Part shown: piece after piece, positions 23,664 to 36,566 of the stretch | Numbering within the stretch: the first letter of the stretch is position 1 | Layout: every line of letters begins with the position of its first letter | Origin: Styela clava | Taxonomy: Eukaryota | Direction of reading: 5' to 3' | DNA: 64,000 nt | Assembly: GCF_964204865.1 (NCBI RefSeq) | Contig: NC_135253.1 | Span: 16,802,001 to 16,866,000 of the forward strand | Notes under the pieces: generated by a model | Told to the model about the DNA's origin: nothing | Database searches by the model: none | The model's input: the letters and a program-made list of their open reading frames with translations, nothing else | Translations under genes and position numbers: made by a program

Positions 23664-24337
23664 ACCTATAAGAGCTGGATTTTTGAATCTCGTTCTACAT
23701 ACAATCTAGAAGATATTGCTTATCTTTAAAGTTAAATACACGTATAAGCAAATGCTTCATGTCGTAGCTGGTAGTTTTGCAATTTAAGATATTGAATAGC
23801 GACATTATTTAGGCCCAAAATTTTGGTCGCTTGTCAAATACCACGATTGCTACTTCATCAAGATCTGTTGTTTTTCATTATTTTTGATACTTATAAAGTA
23901 ATGTTCTCAATATTTATTAGCAAACAATTTAAGTTGACTAATGAACTTTTCAGTAACAGGTTGTCATCACTAGTTTCGATGCAGATATTACTCCAATGTA
24001 TGACTCAAAATTGATAGTTGATATACGTTTTTATTAAATATACATTCAATCAAAAATAATGATTTATTTTACATATAGAGAAGAAAATAATGTGTAATGA
24101 AATTAATGTTAAAGCGATTTATCATATCATGTAACTCATGTAAACAAAGTTGGGTTTCTAACAATGGCTCTTGCATGAATTTTATATTTTTTTAAATACA
24201 ATTTTACATTGTCAGTTACTTATCGTTACCAGGTGAACTATGAATAGTTGCAAGCTTAAACTTAAGCAAAAGACTGGAACACACAAACTTAAAAAAAACG
24301 TCAAAGTGTCATTGAAATTAATTGTACTTCATCAGTT

Positions 24338-27300
24338 TCATTGTTGTTGAATTTCTTCCAAATATTCTTGTTCTTCATCATCTTCTGTTTCTAGAGTTAG
24401 AACGTATTCGCCGTTGGCTCCGTAAATTATTTTCAAATCCTGACGAAAATTTAAAAAAAAAATGGTGATGACAAAATGCCTGCTTGAAATAAACATGTTC
24501 ACGTTGATATATTCAAAAATAATTTACCGATGATGCTTGTTCATTAATGTTGTCTTGAAACATCTTAAGAACTTTCGGATCAATTGTCCAATTAATCATT
24601 CGAATTTCTTCGCTCACGTGAGGTATCAATCTAGATATTGCGATAACGTTTAGGCCCCATGCTGTTGTCATTTCAGATGCGCTGATGTCCAATACATTCA
24701 TCTGTCATACATCGATTAAAACACAAGAAAATACATAGATTATTAATATATTATATTGAGTAATAACAGTCGCCAAATAAGTTATTATATGGTCATTAAT
24801 GTTTTAAAATATAGTGATCAAGTCGCTAATATTTAAAGATGAAATTTGCGTTTTCATTTACGTGTTTTGATCTCAATTTATCTCATTCATGTCTGGTGTA
24901 TTCACACAAGATTGACAGTAATTGATTGATGCTGTCGTCTTGTTTAATTTTAGTCACTTTGATTGATTTTTGCAATGCTGACACGAAGAGCGAATAATCA
25001 AAATCAAATTTTCTTAGAAATGGCAGAAACAGAAAAATTGGCTTTTCCTTCTTAGAGTTATAACACTTGTTAAACTTATAAAATTTGTTCAAGATTCAAA
25101 AAGACCGAAATTGGAATAGATGTCTTCGTGTCGACATGTTCTTTGTTGAATTAAATAACAATTTTAAATAACTAAGAGGCGTTTATTTGAAATCATTCAT
25201 GAAAATGTATAAAACATAATACATTCGAAGTAAGACTTTACAGAATGCTATTATTGCTAATATAATCTCGTATATTCTTCTATTTATTTATTTTAAACGA
25301 TAATACAGTTGTTATTCTCACCGTTGATGTTTTTAGTGATGCTTGAAAATTTCTTATTTCTTTGTTTGTGATCTCACATTTGCTGAGGTTCAGTTCTTTG
25401 ACGCCATTTGTTTGAACAATATCACCCAACATAACCATTGCTTGTACGTCTAAGCCTTTGTTTTCACTCACATTCAAATGATATAACTGTCAAAAACAAT
25501 GAAATATGACTTCATAAAATCTGCAGAAAGGAAACAAGTTTGGGTTGAGCCATAAATATAGAGCAAACATCATTGTTTTTACATCATCATTCTAGCGTGA
25601 ATTTGAATGTATAAACTGATCAAAAATATTTTTGTTTTTTCATCAAAAAATTTTCATTTTTTAAATAACCAGCAAGCGCACAGTAATTGAATCGCAAATA
25701 GTTCAGGAGTGTGGCATACATGTTTCATATATGAATGCATGTAAGTTTTACGAACGTTGAAAAAAATAAATAAAAGCATTGTATTAACCTGAGTGTCTTT
25801 GAGAGATTTTCTCAGTCGTTTGAATGCACCAGATGTGAGTGAGCAATTATTTAAGTTCAACGACTTCGTTTCGCAACTTTTAACGATATCACCTATGATT
25901 TGAATACCCGCTTCTCCAATCTTGTTGTTAAAACCAGCTTTGATAGTCTTCAACTGTAGACACGTATTTGATAGGTATATTTGTTTTGAATTAGTCTACT
26001 CATTGGATAATACATTTGGATAAGTTTTAAAATACTTCTACGGACTTTATTTTCGTTGCTGCCATTGTTGAAAGAACGGAACTACTATCATTCATTATTT
26101 ACCACAAAGAATTTAAATAAACGAAATAAAAGACGAGATACTTGAGATTATCTGTAATGCATTCTACGGAGATACAAAGAATTAACATTAGTGTGTTAGC
26201 TAAATTTAATTCGGCTCAATTCCATTGACTGAAGTCAGTTCATTGGTATACATTTTAGCAATTTTGTCAGTGAAGCCAAAATTCTACTTTATTGCTGATT
26301 TGTAAGCACTAAAAATAATACCTGGGCCCCTTTAAAAGACGCCTGAAGCCTCGCAAGCTTTTCTTTATTCAATTCACAACGAGAAACATCTAAAGCTTCA
26401 GATTTACAATGATCAAATAAATCACGAAGATTTCGTCCTTGAAACAGCAGTTTGGAGTTCCCCTGTAGATCTAACATTTTTATCTGTAAAATAGAACAAG
26501 GAGTTTTAAATACAAAATAATAAGCAGTTTCTACACAAGGAGATTTCACTTACGGTAACATCGCACTTTTGAGCGGCAGTTAACAAAGATTTGATTGTTG
26601 CATCATACAAGTTGCAATCTGACAAACTGAAAAGGTCAAGATTTCCAGTCCGGGAAAGTAAAGAGGTCAGAATCAGTATGGTCAACGATGTCAATTTCTC
26701 TCCAGAAAGACATATTTCATTCATATGAACTTGAAGAAGTTCTTTAATTCCGTCGCCAGCTTCGTGAAGTGCGGCATAAAAAGAATGACTTTTATCGCCC
26801 GAGTTTAAGATGTTTCGAAAATCTTGCAAAAGTATTTCTCGTTTTTCTTCTGGTGCCGATACTGAAAAATAGGACAATAAACCATTCGATCATTATGAGG
26901 AATTTGAAGTCAAACATCAGTAACAATTTAAACATATATCATTGAAGTATTGTCGGCTGAAGTTGTGTCTGCCAAAGTAAAGATCAATTTGAATCTACTA
27001 ATTTGTACGTGGTAACCCACAATGCTTCTGCGAACGGTTACAAATATAGCGATACGTGACGAATTTTCATACATACATTCTTATTTGCTGAAATTATACC
27101 GAGCATATCGAAGGCTTGAAAGCAACAAAATGACTGACCTTCAACGATGTCATGCAAAACTGCCATGTTTTCTTCGTTGAATAGAAGTCCGCATAATACC
27201 ATTCTAATGAAACCGTGTTTGGGATTATGGAGATGCTTTTTTGTGAATTCCACAAAATCAGCCAAGCTCACCTCACAAATATGTAAAGCGGCTAAATATT

Positions 27301-30300
27301 CTTGTACGGTTTGATGAGTAAAAGAAACTGCAAAGTATTCCTCTATTTTTCCACGATTCACATCAAGTTTGCTTGATCGAGGATGGAATATAGGAAGCTG
27401 TTGAACATCAGCCAAATCCAAATCAACTTCCGAAAAAACTTCATCTTTTAACATTGATAGATTTTTCTCTACGCTGTCACAGGCCAGTTTCTTCACCTTG
27501 GTCATAATTGTCACTGACTGCACATTCCACGATTCGCCGTTATCAAAAGCGCATTTCAAGTACCGTGACATTACTGCAACGCAAGTATCAGGACATTTAT
27601 TTTCAGTATCTTTCAAGACAGCAGTTGACCAATATAGAAGATTCAATGGAATTCCCCCCATAATCGAAAGATTCGGATAATCTTGCTCTAGGATTTTCCA
27701 TGGTTTATTCACTTTGCTATCTTTCGGAGTGTAGCTTTTGACAAGCGTTTTTATATCCTTCTTTTCTAATTCAGTCAAAGCGTATATTCGCATTGGGGCT
27801 GCAGCTGCTGTGAAGTGTTCAATAGTATACGGCCTTGCAGAGGAAAGTATGTGCACATTGGGGAATAAGTTTCCACATAGCAAATTATGTAAAATGCACG
27901 ATGGACTCGCACGAACATTGTAATCAATTTTTTTATGTTCCCTTCCTGGAATTGATCTCATTTCATCTAAGCCATCAAGAATAAAGAGGATACTTTTTCT
28001 ATAGTCTATTAGCCATCTGAATCCAGCTTCTGTATATTCATCGCTTAACTCTTTGAACTCTGAATCCCCAGAACGATGCTACTCTCTCACCCTGACCTCC
28101 CACGGCGTCGCATCGATTTGACGCGTTAAAAATTTGTAATATCCCTAATTTTAAATCAAAATAACTTCTAAACCATTAGATATCAGATGGTCTGTAATAT
28201 ATCATATAAAAGCTTATCTAGTCTTTTATTTTAACTGGCATTATTTTTCACGAGATGTTTTGATGAGATGTGTAAGCCTATTTGTAGCCCCATCTACTAT
28301 TTTTTTGTATTTTGGTAATATTTAATACATTTCTTAGAAATGTATCATCAATATAAGTACAATTTTGAAAAGTATACAAAATTACCTTTTGGAGAATATA
28401 CGTATGACTTTCTTAACATACGCATAACTCATTTTATTGCAGAATTTGTACTATCGATTCAAATGGTTTGCAAACAAAATTTATCAACTATTTGACGCCA
28501 AGTTTGCGTAAGGACGCAAAGGGCGACGACGACATTGTCGTGATAACGTTCATGCGACGTATCGTGCGTAACTCTTTGCGTGAGGTATATTGCGCAATTG
28601 CACATCTGGTCGTTCACAGCTTGAGTGCAGATTGTGGCTTCATTGCATTAGTATCATATCCTCGGCCGCAGATAAAACCCTTTCAGACGAATTTTGATCG
28701 AACATAGTAAAATTGCTAGAATATAAAGGCAATTTTATATACGTTTACTATTTGGATATGGGACGAAAATGAATGGCCAAAACGAAATATTTGATCCTCA
28801 TGAATTTATGAGGTTCCGCCGGAAACATCAAGGCTAATTATTCACCGTTGGATATCATGAAGATTGAATAAAAAAAAACTGATAACGGGTACACGGAAGA
28901 CATGGTGGCCAGTAGCTCACCTGGTCAGTGTTTTACATTTTGCAGCCTCATTAGATTTTCGAAATTACTGCATATACGCTACATTCCTGATATCGCTATA
29001 TTTACAATGAATTTTAAACGAAAGCTTTGTCCAGATGAAATATTGGATAGTATTCATCTATCAGAAGAAGAAAATATGGCACAATAAAACTCAGCAATGG
29101 CGCTAAACAATGCATCCATCGATATGTTCCATCATTCTATTTTTAAAAATCCTTATTTTGGCTATTCGTATTTTTCATATCTTTATGCAATTAAAACGGC
29201 AATAACACTGCGTATTGTGTGTTTTAGTCGAACCGATGTAATGCGTGAATTTCCCCGTGTATCGTTTACAAGTCGTAAGTCGCTTCACGAGTACGAACTT
29301 AAGTAAATGACGTTACGAGCATGCGAGGAAAAGTGTTTCTCGTATGAAACATAAACGTGCTACGTGCCAACGTAATTGATTAACGTCGCTGCGTAACGGC
29401 GTAAATGTGTTGGGTCGTTATTTACGTCACCTTGACGTCGCCTCGATCTTGCGACAAACAAAATCACGAATAAAAATGCTTCTAAAATTTGAATGGTGCA
29501 ACATAAGATCAATCTAATGGTATCACTGGAAAGCTATCTTCAAATTCTACAAATTTTGTCGATAATGTACTAGGTTTAATCGAAAACAAATTTAAGTTTT
29601 GTCAATTAGATTTGAGCAATTTTCAGAAGTTTTTTATGCTTTTTAATTTTGCCAATTTTCATAAGATGATCACAATATTTTATCTCAATTTTAAAATTAT
29701 ACTTAGTCCTGTAGATCATCTTTCACACGATGTAAAACTTGTCTAAATATAATAAATGTTTCGCGAGATATGAGGTTTCAAAGTTGCATACCTCTTACGG
29801 GATGCGAAAGCCGCTAAACCGGCTTTCAGCGTCAGAAGACTTTCTCGGGAAAGCCGGTTTAGCGGCTTTCAGGGTTCAAAGAGTTAAACCATGAACGACG
29901 CTTTTAAACAGAAGTTCGCATGGAGTATAATAGCCCTTAACTGGTAGTTCGCTAATGCGTACGAAATGCACGAAGTTGAAAAAATCCTTCCTGGCAAATG
30001 GATGCCAACGTTCGGAAATATCTGGTGAAACTTCGTTGACAACTAGCAATCTCCCCATTGCCATGTCGGCATATCGTTCAAGAAGAGTTGTTTTTCCTTG
30101 CCCTTCATCTCCTGTTACCAGAACGTGCCTGACTTTTATATTTTCAATTGGTCGCTTCTTGTTTTTATTTTCTTCAATCTCTTTGGCCTCTGCCTGAATT
30201 TCATCATCCACTGTTGACATCTTTTTAATATCATCACTGGAGATTCCGATTCGTCGCACAGTTGGAGTAATCAGAGTTGTTGAATTTTTCTTGCGAAGAA

Positions 30301-33300
30301 TTGTTGCAACACCAGGTGACTTGACAATATCACGACTGCATGCTTCGATCTGTCGACGAAATATTTCCACGGCTTTCGCAGCTTTAGCTTTAAAAATGTT
30401 TGTATCTATCAATATCATTGATGACAAAAAGTAAAAATGTCATACATCATAAATAAATATTCACAAATATTTTGTTGTTTTATCCATTCAACACTATCAT
30501 CATGAATGTTCGTTAAGATCATAAATATATAATTTTTATCATAATACCATACCTTCCGTTAACTGCACTCTCTCAGCATCAACCACTTGTTCAATATATT
30601 GATCGCCATAATCGAGATCTTCTTGTACATTTTGGCCCTCACTTTCTGTTTCTTCTCCACTTAATTTCTCCTCTTGCTCGTTTTCATCTAAGTCGGAAGC
30701 TCTTTTTCGATTCCCTTCATCTCCAGTAGAGTTTTGCCCTGAAATATTTTCTGTCGTCGAAACAGACGTTGTTTTAATATCAGTTACTTCATCTTCGTGA
30801 ACGGATGCTGATTCATTCTGGCTAGACGTGCCTCGTATTAATGCTGCAATCCAGCTTACCCTTTCAAGAAAGCCTGTAGGAATAAAAATAAATTATATGG
30901 TCAATGGTTTAAATGCGTGATAAGTTAGAATATACTTTCGTTTAGCTCTTCCTATTAACTCATGATTCTCTTTTCATATACTTTATTTCCCCGGCTAATA
31001 AATCGTCTTTCTAAACCCAATTTTTCGGCCTGATTAGTATTTTTTTTTTTTGGAGGGGGGGGGGGGGGCGTCTTATTCGGCAGGTATGTTTATTTTTCTG
31101 TGGTCCGCTCATATTTCGCAGAAGTCTTCTCAAACATGATTTGGGTTACTGTTACATTTGGTTTGATATATTTTATCATGTACTCGATGACGCCAAAGGG
31201 TCGGTCATGATATTTAGTTGACTTTGTACTGGCAGCTGTTCATAACTGGCTGGTGTCATGAAGCACTCCCTGTTTACGCCCGCCCGTTATCGGTACTTTA
31301 AAGAGAAAACACGGTCACCGAGATAAAGTGATTTATGACCCTTCGGTTTTGTGGATTCGACGGAAAATGACACAGACAGGAAAACACAGCAGTTAACAAA
31401 CCCACGGACGTACAGTGTAGTACTTATCACACCGTATTTAAAGGTTATTTCAACGTTCGGGCTAATAGGCTGTTTAAAATGATTGCCGCTTTTTAACACA
31501 AAATTACCGCTTCATTGTTGAGAGTGATAAATCTTGTGAGTATGATTCTACTAAACAAACATGATAGATAAATGATATAGTTAATAGGGTTGAGCATTTT
31601 CGAATGCCGATATTTTCACAATCAAATCAAATATTTTTCTCGAATGGAATCTAGAATCCTTGGGAAATGGGTGATTGTGTGTGACTATTTTATTGTATTG
31701 GGACATCTCAACACATGAATTACTCTAAACATAGAATCCATCACTCAAACAGTTCGCTGAACGTTCACACACAATAAAAAACACGTCTTATCAATAACTC
31801 ATTTGGTAGAAAAGAATGTCAGAATTGCTTAGAAAAAAAATGGCTTCAATAAAAAAAATTGCGAAATTGACCTTGACTTTTGACGGAAAGAAAAAAACAA
31901 GATGGTGGAAATTCGAAATTTTCGTCTGGCCCGATCCGATTTACTATTCGATTCAAAATTGTAATTTACTTTGCATTGATGTGACTAATTTCAGGCCAAC
32001 AAATGATTAAAACAAGCAAACGCAATGCGTATATTTTGCATATAAAGTGCAGAATTGAACTTGCGTATTATCTCTTTTAATAAAGTATAATAGTATGCAA
32101 AGATTTATCATATATATATTTCGACTATATTTAAACTAAGAGAGTATTGTTCATTATTGTTAGTATTTACAATCAAAAACATGTACCTTCCCACGTCAAC
32201 AACATGGATTCATTCTTCGTGGGTTCAGGTTCGTAATCCACTTGTGGAAAAATGTCGTTAAAAGCTTCAAACTTCGCCTTTTCGTTATTTTCTTTCCCAT
32301 TATCAAATCCGTTTTCATGTTGTTTGTCTTCAATTTCGTTTTCACATTCTTCTGTAACATCATAGCTTTCTTCATCGTGATCAGTTGCGGAATTTGTTGT
32401 TCTCATGCACCCGTTCATACACTGTGTACCAAATATGTATCCAAATACACGAAGCAATCCAGAAAATCTACCTGAGAATGAAAAATGGAGAAGATTAGTT
32501 CACTGAGCTTTGAAGTACACAGGGCATCGGAGTGTACTTTTTGCAAGATTTGTCACAGCGAGATCACGAAATTAGTTTAAGTTTGGAAACATTATTGTTA
32601 TATATGGTCACTAACTCACTGAGAACTGCAAGTATAAGTTTATGGAAAAAAATAACATAGAAAGTATGTTGGTGAGCTGGAACTTTTACTTGGAATGCAT
32701 AGGAATTGGAACCGAAATCCTTTCGGAGGCGCGTTTTATTGTATAATTACTCCCGTTCTTCTTATACGCTTACCTTGTGATTTCTCCGATCTATTGATTT
32801 CATCCCCAGCATTGTCCTCAGTCATTTCGATCGCTACTACTGCCAGTTGATCTGACTTATCGTTGTCTGGAAGAGATTGTCTGTTTGTTTCAGTAACACC
32901 ATTTTCTGTAATAATTTCCTTCTCTTTTGTACCTGGAGGTATTAAAATATTAAAATATATTAGAAATGAATCCCGAATATATTTCAGTACGTAAAATCAC
33001 TTTTTTGTCACAGTCATATGGAATTTATGTCCCAGTTTCCCCGTGTCGGAATCAAAACACTAATTATACCATCATTACCATGCATGGAAAAATAGAAAGC
33101 GTGAACTCTGGAGTGAATATGACAAACTTCTGAGCTTTCAAAACATTATATAAAAAGTCAGAATCTCAACCTTCATTTCCTTCGTTATATAATTCATCAG
33201 TTATTTCTCCTTCTTCTATATTAGACAAAGTAACGGTTATATTTGTTGCATTTTTCTTTGACGATTGAGAAGAATCTTTTTTCTTGAACTTAATTATGCT

Positions 33301-35391
33301 CTTAAATCCAAAACGTTTGTTCGACGATCTTCCTTTTTCTGTAACTATAGAAATTCTTATATAAAAAGACCAATAAAGAAATGCTCAAAATGTGTTCTTG
33401 TTGTCATGTTTTGTGTATTATAGAATTGGTAGATATATGAATAGGGCGTGCTGCTGTGGATCACTTTGCTGGGTCCTACGAGCCCGATATCCACTGCTGG
33501 TTTTACTGGTTTTCTATGTTTCACGGACACGACTTCGTGTGCCATTGGGTACAATTCTTTTAACATTTCATATGACATTCGGTAAAAGTGATTGAACATT
33601 TGGCTGGAATTTCGATGGCCATATTAGTCAATTGACCTTAGTCTACATATCGTCACGCTAATAACCGAATTGCGTAAGTCATTTTTAGCAGTTTTGAGAA
33701 AAACGTAAAAAACTTCCTAATGATTTTGTGTTGCAATTGAGAGTCAATAATTTGCCATGGTTCATTTTTTTGATCGTAGCCGGATCTAAGTTAATTTGTA
33801 TGACGCAGTTAAGTGACGACATAATAACGCACTGTGACTTAGGCAGAAATGTGTCTATGACTTGGGGACATACGCAATTTTGCAACTTCACTATATGCAC
33901 CAGTCCTGAAAACTAAACATTTCAAAAACGAAGGTAATTCTCAGTATCTACAATGTCTAATCCCCAAAATAGCTACTCAGTTTCAATTATATCATTTTTT
34001 ATGTTTAAAAATATATATTTCATCAATATAACACGTTCTGCACACCCACCGAAATAGGACTAAGATTAAATTTAAAGAATAAAACAGCAATGCACCCAAT
34101 ATAAAAGCCAACCAAGGTAAATTTGACTCGGACAGTGAATATCACTAGTGTACGTCTCCCTATACTGTAGTAAAAATTCAAATTAATACGCGCTAAGCTA
34201 GAATCCGAGATGCAAGAACTCGAAAATACTTCGCCGAGGTTATTTTGCCTTTGTGACGTCACAAGAGTACTGCGGTAACAAGGATAATTGATTATGACGA
34301 AACAATTCCTAAAATAAAATCTGAGTTAACAGACAGGTGCGCAGCATTACATAAATACCTATTTTATAAAAAAAACTCAAAATCGCCAAAAATGACTTAC
34401 GCAATTCGGTTATTAGCGTGACGATATATGTTTATAATGATAATAACCCGATCGTTGCAATGGGCCAGTAACAAGGTAACAACATCATACAATTAATAAA
34501 AAATTTTTGCACGTCACCAACTGAAGTGGCTGTGATGACAGGACGGGAAAGTATTTTTATTTTTATCTTGATTACACTTGGACCATGGTGCTATACTGGG
34601 GGTCACTGGGCAATATTTACGATTTTACGATTGGAACATGAACCATACCATCATGGATATATTGTCATTTTTTTTTATCTTTAAACAAAACAACGGCAAT
34701 TCAACTCTTCCTCGTCTCAATTTAAACGCCCATAATTCATGATATATAGTTTTATCCCGTCTTCGTGGAGAAGAATATTATGCAATTAACGAAGAAATTG
34801 CTATATTTTTTGAAGTTTTATTTCATTTAAAGCGATTGAAAACTTGTGAAAAAAAAAGGTTATTGAAATATATTGAAAATAAAATTAAATCTGATTTTAA
34901 ACATTAATTAATTATTAATCATCATCATTGACAAAACATAATGTTTTTATTTAATTTATTTCTTAATAATTAAAATGCGATAGACTTGTGAGTTTGATCT
35001 ATTATCTATTTCAAGGGTTTTGTCACAAGAGAGAGCAATATCGAACGCACGCGAACAATCTCTTAATCCGATGAAAATCAAATTCAGTGATAATCATAAA
35101 TAAGTTTATATCAATTTATCCCACGAAATTAAAAACTGAATTTTCTGAAAGATAAGTATGAAAAATTTGATGTCATCTGTTTAATATTGATATTTAATTT
35201 AAAAATATTATACCTCCTTTCTTTTTTTCTCTTGCCCTTCTTTTTTCTTTCTTCTTTTCCGTTTTACCCAAGGTTCCAGCGTCCTCCGATAAATTTGGAA
35301 CCTCTTTTATATCTACAGTTTTATAATCAACATCTTCGGTAACATTTTCCTCATTGTATTTTACGACTGATTCTGACTCTGGGCCATTCAT
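24338..35391 (-). CDS. NLR-A: NACHT-LRR protein of about 1200 aa with an acidic/basic low-complexity N-terminus; this allele is interrupted by a piggyBac-type insertion
   Basis: Exons (minus strand): 35391-35214, 33344-33171, 32932-32774, 32471-32187, 30873-30553, NACHT exon 30387 (or 30405)-27139 interrupted at 28049-29883, 26861-26554, 26483-26322, 25953-25789, 25486-25322, 24701-24528, 24439-24338. Walker A GDEGQGKTT, Walker B ILDGLDE, sensor-1 SSARP, GIPL, FTHQTVQEYLAA, and RI-type LRRs (LNLNNCSLT, LNLSKCEIT). The frame is continuous once the insertion is removed. Confidence 0.85.
28049..29883. mobile_element. Non-autonomous piggyBac-type element inserted in the NLR-A NACHT exon
   Basis: TTAA TSD at 28045-28048 and 29884-29887. 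TIRs CTCTTTGAAC(T/C)CTGAA. The 22-bp subterminal inverted repeat GAAAGCCGCTAAACCGGCTTTC lies at the right end. No long ORF. Confidence 0.92.
33651..34423. mobile_element. Non-autonomous DNA transposon with perfect 36-bp TIRs and ATAT TSD (Sola1-like), in NLR-A intron 1
   Basis: CGTCACGCTAATAACCGAATTGCGTAAGTCATTTTT and its exact reverse complement, with ATAT on both flanks. A 4-bp AWWT TSD is characteristic of Sola1, but the superfamily assignment is tentative. Confidence 0.8.
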
Positions 35392-36566
35392 TTTATTATT
35401 CTAATGCACCTGTAAAAAGAATACAATTCAACTTGCTTTATTTCTATGAATATATTGCCAATTAAATTTCTGCCGTGTGCTGAAAACAAAATGAAAATCA
35501 CGAATGCATTTCTTTGTACTACCATGTTTATAAAATGAATGATGACAAACTTCAGACCTTCGACTTCTTCTGCGAAATGTAGCGATCTGATTTACGTTAG
35601 ATACAGTCACGACTCATAATTTGAAAAATGTCTTGCTTTGAAAACATTAGTCTTAAGTGTCAATTTATTATCGTTGATGGGGTATAATACACACGCATCC
35701 AATCAATACGTTAATCGTGTTCAAACGAATCATGCAATCATTTATTCTCTGTGTCAACTTCGTTGTGTGTTACGCTTGATTCTTGATCAAATTACTACGT
35801 CATACTGAATGATACTTGACAGACCACTAGTTGCAAAGTGTAAATGTGTTGGCGACGATCGAAATGAAGATTTCTTCCTGAGACTAGGGTGAAAAAATGT
35901 AGATATAGTAAATCGTACAATTAAATAGTATCCGAGTGTCAATCACAAAAGCGTCATGCACACGTAAAACCGGAAATTGTGTTCTGTGTTATAGAATGTG
36001 TATTAACGAGTATTGATTTGGAGTTTTCAGTGAAGCCAAGTTGATACCGAGCGAGAGGCGCGTTTCTTTGTATCATCTCTAGTTTAATTTAGAATCATAT
36101 CATTAGACCAGTTTAGTTTGATGATCTTCGATTTACCACATAATGTAATAATTCGGATAAGGCAAAAAGCCGCTAATTTTCACTTTATTGCTTTAGATAT
36201 ATATTATATTGACAGAGAAGTCACAGTAAGAGCAGCAGAGTAATATTCAGAATTATAGAATTAGCCAAAATGTATATGAATTCAAATTTAATAGTATTCA
36301 TCTAATATAAATCAGAAAACCTAGTGCCAAATAAAAATTATTTATTGAACTTAGCATTTTTAGCAAAATCGACAAAACAGTTTTGCCTCCTAACTATTTT
36401 AATCGGTGTTCGATGATTATTCAAGAGCAGAAAATATTAATTATTTTTCGCTATAACTACTTTTTTCTATATTTTTAAAAGACGGTTGAAAAAATACTGT
36501 ATAAGACCGTGGAAGCAATTTCAAAATTTTTCTGAAACGATGCAATAGATCCGTCAACATCTAAAG

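Noticed and set aside
27038-30427. Two separate genes (ORFs 27038-27961 and 29876-30427)
   Set aside because: They are the two halves of one NACHT exon separated by a TTAA transposon.
31040-31068. Poly-T followed by a poly-G run (possible G-quadruplex) in an NLR-A intron
   Set aside because: Simple homopolymer within a degraded repeat, prone to sequencing error, with no functional evidence.
31584-31960. Degenerate MITE with TCGAAT-like subterminal repeats in an NLR-A intron
   Set aside because: Only one plausible terminus (TAGGGTTGAGC) is visible and there is no TSD, so it is too decayed to delimit.
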